DNA from: Ascidiella aspersa
Taxonomy: Eukaryota
Assembly: GCA_963924565.1 (NCBI GenBank)
Contig: OZ004613.1
Coordinates: 23,188,001 to 23,252,000 of the forward strand
DNA: 64,000 nucleotides
Direction: 5' to 3'
A program made the position numbers and the translations under genes. Below are positions 15,401-59,221 of this stretch, one piece after another. The notes below the pieces were generated by a model. It worked only from the letters and a program-made list of their open reading frames with translations, ran no database searches and was not told the origin of the DNA. Position 1 is the stretch's first letter. Every line of letters begins with the position of its first letter.

Positions 15401-16918
15401 ACACAAACCTTTTAGTCTTTACATGCAAATACACCGTAAGAAGGTTATTCAACCTGATCGTCATAAGTGATAAAGCTCGCTAGCCGCTCCGTTGTATCGC
15501 ATCTGTAGATCACGGGAGACCATGCCTAACAATTGCCGATAAGTTGAGGCACCTGCAGCATTACTTACGCCGACCGCGTGCGCCTAAAATAGGAGAACGA
15601 ATTAAGGCGGTAACCTGACCCGCGTTTGTTTACTATGCGTTCTTGGTTTGGATTGAATAGAACCTAACATTAATTGCCACCGTTTTACGCTAAAGTGATC
15701 TGACCGGTTCGATATTTTAATTATATAATCGACTTAGTGTATTTTGGGTATAAATAGCTCTCTGTGTTGCTTTTAGAGTAGGAAAATGGATCGTCACTAG
15801 TTGTTACTCGATCGAGTCGAATTGTTGCACAAAAGAGTCAAATGATGTGAAAAAAAAGTAAAAAAAGTTAGGACCATCTGCTAATTTTACAATTTTCAAA
15901 AGACTATAGGCAGTTGGACAACATAGGTAGGAACTGTCGTTCAAATATAAATGTTGTTCATAACCCGGTTATTTGTAATAGCACCATAACGCCAATGACC
16001 CATTGGCAGTTGACCGGGAAATTAAACAGTAATCATTGCTCGTTCAAGCAACTGAGAAAAAATTAATTAAAACTTTTTTTTTAATTAAAACGTGAAAATA
16101 CACATACTTTACTGCCGCCTAAAACGCGTAGCAAAGTTAAAAAAATTGGAAAGTGATATTACCAGCGTAGGAAGGTACTGACGCAATTTACTATACTGAA
16201 AGTCCAAAAGCCGAGCAGAAACACCTCGAGTAAACCCCGCGGTGCGAATGGATTCCTAAAGTTCTTTTGTCCTGTTAACGCTTCCAACACGGAAGTGTGT
16301 TGCTAAGGGCCTTCTCTGCGCATACGTAAGAAACCCGGCAAAAAAATGTACAGTTTATCTCAGCAAAAGGAGCGCGGGCCAGCTTCGGGAAACCAATTGC
16401 GCAAGAAACGGTAACATTGTAACAAAATGTGAGTTTTGGGGGGCGGTTCAGGGGTATTGTTTTTAGTCCGACTTGTGTCACGAACCCCGCGGTTTCTCGG
16501 CGAAACGCTGACTCCTCGTTTCGCATTTCCCAAGCTTAGAAGCTTTTTGGTCCACGAGCTTGTACCAACAAGGCTGTATCCTTTTACCGCTTTGACGCAT
16601 CCCATAACTTAAACGAAGTGTTCTGCCGCTGTTCGATTTCTTTACGCAACGCCAACTGCACCCCCCCCTCAGCGCGTTATGACCACACAGCACCAAAAAC
16701 TGGCGGTTTTTAGGGTTGGCGTGTTTTTTCTAGCTATCCCACGGATTTTGTACACAACATGTAAAACGTTTAGAATGTTTTCGACCAAAGAGAACTTTTG
16801 TATCCTTTCTATGGCGAGTCGGTTTAAACGCTCACGACCCTGCGACCCAGACACCTGAAGTGTGCAAAGCTTGCTATCTTTCAAGTTGCCACAAGTTATA
16901 CCTGGCCAAATACCGACC

Positions 16919-18435
16919 ATGATTCTGTTGTCAAAACCAACTAGGTATCATCTGTCAATTTGACAGGGTTCGCTCTTGTGTCCACAATGTGCGAAGGCAC
17001 GGAGCCAGCTCGTTTGAGGCCCCTACATAATTTACCACAAAAGTTAGTCAAATTTTCAACTGTTTTGCTTTTGTTTATTGGTTACGAGTCGCTTGGGCTT
17101 TGGCGTCGATTGTGTAAATATAGGTTTACTTGGCAACCCATTTTGGCAGCTAAAACCAAAGCCTAACAGTGTTAATTGCTGGCAAAAACAGGCACAATTT
17201 AGATTTTTAGGGCCACATAAAAACAAAGATATTCCGAAAAATAAAGTGATTTTGACTGTATTGAAGGCACAAAGATTGCACAAGAAACTATCGAAATTAA
17301 AACCTTTCAAATGCAACTATATGGAAATAATTATCGAGTTTTTCAACAATACGGTAGCTCTTTGCTAATCTTGTCACAAGCCGGCTTCATTCCCGTGTTT
17401 TGTGACGTTACAGCAAACGTCATGCGGCCGAAACAGCCCTCCAGGACAAGATGTCGCGGACGAGAGCCCACCATCGGCGGAGGGCCGTGCTGGTGGACAT
17501 GTTAGACCTCGTCGACGCGTCGGGCGAAAGTTGTAAATGTCTACTTGAAAGAAAACCTCACAGGTGATTAAGCCCGATCGAGTTAAAAACTGTACGGTTT
17601 TCGTGTTTGGGCTTACTAAAAAATATTTCGAAGATTAGTTTTTATTTGAAATCATTGGATTCTGTCTCCGCAAATAATAGCATGAAAATATTTTTTTCGG
17701 TACGCAGCCATTACGCTGAATTAAAACCTGTACGGTTTTCGTGTTTGAGCTTACTAAAAATTGTTCAATAGATAACTCTTTTTAAAATATTTAAAATTAA
17801 AGGATTATTCTTGCGTATATAAAAGCATGAAAAGGTCTTAACGTTCAAAGTATCATTTAGAGACATATTTCGTTGTCTTACAACTTTACAAACGTTTCGA
17901 AGTCATTTGTTTTTCTATTTTTTTTATTTCTATGGTGTAATGTCTGGCTGGTTCAAAATGCGCCAAGTTCCAGCCTTAAACCTTCCAGTAGGCATTGGAT
18001 CAAAATCGCAGGTGCTGATTTATCCAAAAAAAAAACTTGCCTGTAAACTCCCATGTTACACCCATATATACCTCACGCTTATGTGTTTGTTACATGTGTA
18101 CTGAATCCAACCTAATTGCAGAGCGAAAAAGTTCATTTTAAAAGATCCTTTTTGTTTCTCGCAGCTGCCACAGCCGATGCCCGCTGGTAAGCCGCATGAG
18201 TTCGCTGCTGCAATTCTTCAACTCTTCGCCGGATCAGCAGGCAAAGAGCGGCGCGAGCTTGGCCTCGCTGTTGAACAACATGAATCACAAGGATCGCGCT
18301 GTGATGCGCGGCATCGTTATTCAGGAGCTGCGGCGTCTGCGCATGCGCATCGTGCTGCGCAGAAACAAGATCCTGCGCAACTGGCGCCGACGACACCACT
18401 CGGTGTTCGACAACAAGCAGCTCATTTCGTACTGA
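16919..18435 (+). CDS. Putative PTH/PTHrP-family peptide precursor; exons 16919-17042 (needs +1 T at ~16959), 17414-17563, 18165-18435; ~181 aa
   Basis: GT-AG exons with matching phase 2/2. KR is followed by HAAETALQDKMSRTRAHHRRRAVLVDMLDLV, sharing E4, L7, R19-R21, L24 and hydrophobic 27/28/31 with PTHrP(1-34) without gaps. The intron lies 1 nt before the KR codons, as I recall for PTH/PTHLH. Exons are GC-rich in an AT-rich background. Confidence 0.72.
17414..17563 (+). CDS. PTH-like precursor exon encoding KR, the mature 34-mer and the start of the Cys module
   Basis: acceptor gttacag|C AAA CGT CAT, open frame, donor AG|gtgatt. Confidence 0.8.
17583..17835. repeat. Two-copy tandem duplication (~137 bp) in an intron of the PTH-like gene
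   Basis: ctgtacggttttcgtgtttgRgcttactaaaaa and agcatgaaaa each occur twice. Confidence 0.8.
18165..18435 (+). CDS. PTH-like precursor terminal exon (CHSRCPLVSRMSSLL...LRNWRRRHHSVFDNKQLISY*)
   Basis: Strong acceptor tttttgtttctcgcag|, open frame to TGA, C/G-ending codon bias. Confidence 0.8.
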
Positions 18436-20284
18436 ACTCCGGCCTTAAGGCGACTGCGAGGGTGCTTTGACTGCCCAACATAAATCATCAGTCTCTTTTC
18501 GCACCTCACCGCTCTTTAGCCTTCTGTCTGCTGTCTGTACAAATTCGCTATTTCGTCGTCACGCCGTCGCGTTTTCGGTCTTCGCCGATTTGCAGGCCCC
18601 CAAAAGGCGCCGAAGAGGGATACTGGACCCGATGGGTTTACGGGGTTTGGCAAGTCGTCCTTATAGTAGTAACCTCGGTGCGTTGGTGGACGATTTATGT
18701 GCTGATTTTCTCACCAAAAGACTTACTTGGCAATTATTAAAGACGAAAACTTTTTTCAATACGTTTTGTTGACTGCTCTGTGTAGCATTTAAAATGCTTT
18801 TATCAAATTACAAACTAAGGCCGACGACAAATTCTATTAAAACTAGTTATTTTTTCGAATTAATCTGTATTATTACTGCACTTTAGTTTTGTTTTTTACA
18901 ATTTTACCAGAATTCAGTATTAATACTTTACAATGATATTGTGTTTACTTTTTCAACGTTCTTCAATATTAGAAATATTTATTACAAGCCTTAACTGCCA
19001 TCGTTACCCCTCATGGTCTTTAATAAGGTTAGAGTAAAAAATAGTAAAATTATGGTTTGCAACATATTTTTCGGACGTTTTATAATTGAAAAACTATTTC
19101 AACAAATAAATGACGCTTTGCTAAATTTTCCATTCTTAAAGCGTTAGGTATTGTGCTTTTGTCGCATTAGTGCATTACTTCTTCGGTTCCAATTACTGGA
19201 AAACAAGACCAGAAAAAAAAAATGCCCGTCAAAAAAACAACAACCCATGTTGGAAGGAGTCAGGAAAATCGACCACAAAAAGCATGACGTTCTTCGTATT
19301 AAACACAACCCGATTTAAGGATTTATATAGTTTTAATATTTTGGATCTAGAGTTTTAATATTTTGCGAAACTAGTTTGTGGCCGATTTGCTGCTTTTGTT
19401 TGTGTCTGTGTGACGCTCGCTGCGATAATGTGACGACCTCCATTGAAAACCGCGTTGTTGGCAGCTCTATAGAGCTCGCTACGCGTTTTAAGCAAATTGA
19501 AACACATCCGTTTGGAAACCTCAACCAATATTAGCACGAAATCGAAAAGTCATTTCATTGTCGTGTGCTTTTACGTCAAATTTCCGTTTAGGCAGAAACT
19601 GTACAAATATAAGAAATAACCGCCGCAGCACGTTCTATCGTATAATGCGACACGGTTATTTCACCGCTTACATTTTAGTTAAATATTGTTCCAAATATTG
19701 TTACGATATTTCTGGTTGAAAGTTCCAATGGCTTTGTTGTTTTTTTCATTTCTTCAATTTCAGTCGAGACGGGACTGAATATATTTCTTGTGTATATGGG
19801 GATAGGAGTCCCCGTTAATGAGATCTCCTCCTTGGCCGGACGAACCCTTTCCTTTTCCCCTTTAAAACATTTTCTTGCGCCCTCGTGCAGTGTTTATTTT
19901 TCTACGGCAGTGTAATACGTGTTAGTGTTGCAGATCTTGTTGTGTGCGGTTGTTGTGCCCCTTGTCAATAAATTGCAACAAAATACACCGATTCTGGTAT
20001 GTTTCTTATATAATTGGTTATTTAGAACCCAAGTTACAGGCTGTACACTGTACAGACTGTACTCACATGGGTGTAGATCAGTGTATTTTTTAAGGTGTTT
20101 TTGGGACCAAAACGGTCCCCCAAATTTCTCCAGCGGTTTCCCAAATTTCGGACTTGCAACTTTTTGGTATTTAAATGAAACACTTGCGGTCTCTCAAAAC
20201 TACTTAGCGGTCACCCAAACCAAATCTAAAAAAAACCCTTGGTGTAGTTGAGATAAAGCCTGTAGATATATGGGTTCTGTGAAA

Positions 20285-20770
20285 CAGTGGTGCAATTAAA
20301 TGACAAGTCAATGACTTGACATAAAGGCACTTAAGTCACTGTTTTAAATGACTTGACTCGACTTAAGTCATTTGGGAAAACTGACTTGACTTGACTTAAC
20401 TCTCTAGGACGAATGACTTGATTTATGTCTTTGGGACAAATGACTTGGGTTAAAACGAAGTGTTTCCAATAAGCAATTTTTCAATAAAATTTGGGTATTT
20501 ATTTTAACATTTTCTACATAAAACAATTTGCTTGCTATATGTTGCGTTTTTGGTGTTTTTTAGTTGAGTGCTGGCTCGTAATGGAACAAGTTTACCAATT
20601 TTAAAAGTTTAACGTTTAATTTTTATGACACGGACTTAATTTGGAATAGACTTTCTATAATTATGAGTTGAATTATGATTTGTTTAAAAAAACTTGACTT
20701 GAGCAAAATTTTTTTACGAATAACTTGACTGGAAGTTGAATCATTTTGAAATGACCTGTTTACAACACTG
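20285..20770. mobile_element. hAT-type MITE, family A (GACTT/AAGTC subterminal arrays)
   Basis: Imperfect TIR CAGTGGTGCAA...TTACAACACTG with perfect 8-bp TSD CTGTGAAA. Confidence 0.85.
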
Positions 20771-23205
20771 CTGTGAAATATAAACAGGTTTCGTAAAACG
20801 ATTAACCCAAGTGAACGAATGGGGTCCCCTGTTTACAACTGTGGGACTCGAAGTTTATGACTTTACTCAAATTCGAAGCTAATAATTAAAAAGGTTATTC
20901 TAATTCTGCTTTACTAAAATGGACGTTACAATAAAACATGGTCATGCCACACAAAATGCCTCAGTCCCTGCAGACTGAATTGTCACTACGATCTCGTTTG
21001 ATAAATCTGAATCGTTTCACCCTAAGTTATATTTTTTTTTACTTTGATTACAGCCAGTTTATTTATTTATCCATGAACATTCAAGCTGTTCAATCAACAC
21101 CAACAAAATCTACCATTACAATTTGTTTTTGTGGAACGAGCATGAGGTGTCAATGCAGCATGAAAGATTGGTTATTAATTTAACTGAAGAGGACTTCAAT
21201 TAAAAAACGAACAATACAGGAAAAATTAGTAAAACTGTAAGACAATTGAAAGTATTTATACTAAATTGTGCCCTAAAGAATAATAACTTGTAAGTCTATT
21301 GTTTTACTCTATTAAAACAGCAGGATCTATATCGTAAGGAAATCTGAAATACTGTCGCACTTGTAGATTTGTGGTCTAATGCGTTGTCTATCCTAGGCAA
21401 TCTTGAAACGTTAATACCTAGATCTTCTAAGCTCACTCTGCACTCCGAATAAGCCTTTGACAATTTGTCGACTAAGAGTGCAAGCATTCGGGAAAACGCC
21501 GCTTGTCGTTTATTGGTTTATTTCCTATATATATGAAACGCTGAACGCCAAACCTTGAGGTTAAATGAAACTGTGTATATGGCGCGCAAATACAGGGGGT
21601 GCGACGATAGGTGTCGAAAGGAGAAGACACATACAAGGGGTTACACACAAAAAACGCGTAATAACCTCATAAAAACAAACAGAGCAATTCGGCAAGAAAA
21701 CCAGAAGAAAACAAAATCGCACGGGGTTTAACACATTCGAATATTCAGTGCGCCGCTATAGTGAATTTCAACAGCTAAACGCGTACGCGGGAATTTAGAT
21801 TTTCTAACCGTTTGAAGTTTGACTCACATGTTACGGGGCCCGGGCGCCGAAGCCCCGTGAAGCCGAGTAAGCGTACGGGACTAATTTTGTTTGCAGAATT
21901 TGATACGGCCAACGCCAAAGCCTCGGCAAATACTCCACACGAATCGGGTTACGATTCAATCAGCGCCAAATTTTGCCAGCGCGAATATCGAAATTTGATA
22001 ACCAGAGGTAAATAAGAGACTTGGAAGGCTGCGTCTTGTTACGCAACTCTTTTCACTTTTATTGTGCTATATATAGTTCTCATGGACGCTTTAATGCAAT
22101 TTTTCGAGGTTTGTAGAATCAGTTAAGCCGTCATCATTTATTTTCTAATATTTCATCAATTATATCAGCGGGTCACTGGGCAAAACACACGTATTTCAAA
22201 ATAAAGATTAATGGTTCAAAGCAACGTATCATCAACCTATCATAATTCAGTATTTAATGTAGATTTTTGAAGTTATTTAACTTGAACGTATACGGAAAAT
22301 GCTGATTGATATATTAATGCAACCCTTTAGGAGCAAGTCCAAGCCTGTGACACATACTTATAACGCAAAAAAATCAAATGTTTTCTGTGGCCATAGAAAA
22401 TATGAGTCAGGCATTTCACCAAACATTATGTGTCAGTATTCGGTTGGACCAACTGTTTCAATAAAACAAACTTTAATCAGTACGCAAACAAAAGGTAGTG
22501 CAAAGGCCGAATATGCGACTTGTGTCAGATTTTTAAAAGTGTGTAAAAGGTGAAATCGGTTTGGGCGCCTTTCTCGCTAGGCACGACGCTCCAATGGGTA
22601 CACTGCTATGTACGCAATAAAATCGATTTACTCAAGTGTACACCACACAGTAATACTGATTAACAAGTGAAGACTCGAGTCAAAAACTTTTCTTGTTTAC
22701 CTTATTTTAGACCTAAACACGCGGTCAAACAATTTTTTTCGTAAAACTTATTCCCGAAAATGGACTTTTGCAGAAGTGAACCAAAACCCAGATTAGCACC
22801 GCAAGACATGTATAACACTATTGAACAGGAGTTTTTAACCTGGGATACACGAAACCTTTCATGGAAAGATGGCTAGGAGATTACATGTTGCTAGTTGAGA
22901 TTTTATGTATTGCAACTGAAGCTTTTGCGATAGTGATATTAAAATTATTAACTGTATATAGTTTAATGTATTACCCTTGCGTTAGTATATATATTATCAG
23001 GCTAAGTGGGATAAGGACTATTTTTTATGGTGGTACCTAACCGGGAATATAGAGGATCAGAACCCCCGCTTTGAAACGTTAACGCGACGTCGCTTTACCC
23101 GCATAAAAAAACAATAACGCGATAAAAGAGAGATAAAACAACGCAACGAAAATAAGAAAACGCAAGCAAACATAAAAAAAATCTGACGTCATGCGTAGTG
23201 ACGCA

Positions 23206-56691
<33,486 letters not shown>

Positions 56692-59174
56692 TAAATATTA
56701 TCCGTGGCGGTAATCCGTCGGGTAAATGTGCCACAGTGCGTTGCTCGCCTACAGCCTAACATTAATGTTGACGCGTTCCCAGTACGCCCTAAGATTCTCC
56801 GACTTTGCTGTGTTGTGCACACAAGGTCCTTTGTGCTGCCGAGCAAAAAAATATATTGAGTTTCGACGGTCCTGTTTAATGTAAACAAGTTCGCCTGTGG
56901 TGTCCATAATTGAAACGTCTCGCTTTGCGACGACTACAAAAGCAAAACGATATCTATCTGAAACTAAAATCGCTTTTCTCCAAAGGGAAAACATTTCTGC
57001 CCCGGAACCTCAAAAAGCCTGTTCAAACAGAGTTTGACCTCGTGCGGTTCATAATATCACCTATGCGCGGAATCTGTTAAACGCTTACTTCTGGGCGCAA
57101 TACTCTTCCTACTGATTCACTTACCCTGCTTTAATAACAAGTATACTGCTCTGTCATCATTGACTTAACTCCTTCATAATAATCAGGAAGGACAACAAAT
57201 CGTAGACCTTGCAAGCGACTTTGACTTTATGGCTGCAAGCAGCTTTTGTCAGAACAGCAAATTAGAGTGAATTTTACGACCAGACTACCATGCAAGCTTT
57301 CACCGTTCGGCACGGCTGGACAGTTGAACGGGCCGGCAGCTTAACAGTCTGCAATAAACTACAATGGCCTCGGCGGGTGCGCAAGGCACAGCTTGTTGAC
57401 TGCTGCTGCGTTCGCAAGTTAGCCTTGCAATTGCAAAACCACGTGCTCCTTGCGGAACAATAGGCGAGCAAGCAGTAGCGGCAGCAATACAGTCAATCAG
57501 ATAAATTATTAAAGGAAAAGTTGCGCTGCCCATGTTTGTACAGGGACTCGGGTTTGCCGCGTTAACATGCAAAGCCTTTTATCTGCCAATCAATGCGGAT
57601 TGCTCACACAGGGGCCACGCTTTTGCCATCCTAAACAATCCAATTTTGTTTCGACTCTTCTTCGGCGTTTCGGACAGGATCTGCGACCTATTACCATGAA
57701 GGCCTTGACTTTTGAGTGTCACCTGAATGCAATTTGTGCTAAGTGGGAGGAGTAACAACAAATACAAGTTTCACGCTATGGCGCTAGTAAATAATTCACA
57801 CCTGTTGCTTGTCCTAAACCGGCCCCTTAACTACACATAAGTTTCTTAACATAAGTCTTCGTCACTAATAAATGTCTTTAAACTTGCCTTGTAGTTTACA
57901 CTAGTTGACGCGCTTTGGCCTTTTAGCCGCTGCCGTGGCTGCCACCTATAGGACAAAATCAATAAATGTGCTGGATAAGACAACCTCACATTGATTAAAG
58001 TATAACAACGTGGCATCGAATCACTTTGAAAGAGATGCCAAAGGCGTGAAGGTAAAATTTTAATTGCTTTAAATCTTTTAAACTTCGAATTGGGTCACTA
58101 ACACTTTAAATGTATGAAAAAAAGCAGATCGAAAACTTTTATTAAAATAAAATATGCATTTCTAAGTGGCCGTTGTCGTTAAGGCCTTAAAATCTAATAT
58201 TATAAAGCTATCTAGTTCATACAATCAGACCAATATTCAGACGTTCCAATAAAAAAAAACAGGTAAAAATCTAGAATAAACAGAAATATAGCCTATCAAT
58301 TTTCGTTTTTTTCAGAATGCGTTGTTTTGCATAAAGGCTGACTAAAACTTCTATTTTGACTGTTGATACACCAACTGCAGTTTGGTTTCGCCAGTAAGTT
58401 GTAAAATTACCAGTTATGCCGAAAATTTGCTCTCTTCTAGGTAATTTTGTTTACAAATAGTTTAAATGAATGAGAAAATAATCAAGTCTGAGTTGAAATC
58501 TGCAATTTCGCATTTTCGCTCAAGGTGTTCCGATTATAACACAAATCTTGAGATAAATGTCTAGCGAAAGTCAAACTGCAAACATTTATGAATAAAATTT
58601 AACTAACACTCCGAAAACCTAACTCTATAAACCTGGTGGCATACTATGGGGTTACACAGAAACACAGGATTATATTGAATTACAAGTACGCTTGAGTCCA
58701 CATGAATGTCATTTCATACAGCGCATCTCAACAATCGGGTTTGGCAATGAACGAATTAGCTTTAATCGTATCTTGTTTGAACTCAACTTAATTTGGAAGT
58801 TTTCGTGCATGGCTAGGCTCAGTTTTCCATTTAAAACTTTTTCGTCAGCATGCCTTGATAAGGGATGTCCAGTAAATTATGTCTTTCCAGAAAACGCGAT
58901 GAAAGATAGGCACTGAAGCCAGACGAAATCCAGATCTGTTTTGATATGGTCATTTTACTGCTTATTAGGTAAAGTAACGCACGCGTTTAGATTTCCAACA
59001 TGAAAAGATTTTCAAACATGCAGGTTTCATCTAACAGGAAGGTCATCTGTCAGGTCAAAAACTAGCATAAACTTAGTTTTTTTGGAATTTATTGTTGCAT
59101 GTACAACGTGAACACGTACATACCCTAAAGTGACTAAGTATCAGGGCTGTAACTACGTTAGTGGGCCCGGTGCA

Positions 59175-59221
59175 ACTCCACTATCAAACACCGAATTTTT
59201 TGTGGTGTTTGATAGTGGAGT
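59175..59221. repeat. Perfect 18-bp inverted repeat with an 11-nt loop
   Basis: ACTCCACTATCAAACACC / GGTGTTTGATAGTGGAGT. Confidence 0.92.

Noticed and set aside
16945-16966. 22-nt GT...AG mini-intron as a fix for the signal-peptide frameshift
   Set aside because: Removing it leads into a frame that stops at TAA (~17028) and deletes hydrophobic residues; also implausibly short.
17421-17522. Assignment of the His-initiated peptide to the secretin/glucagon/PACAP family
   Set aside because: Lacks the H-x-D/E-G-x-F-T pattern; E4/L7/R20/L24/L28 and the intron position fit the PTH family better.
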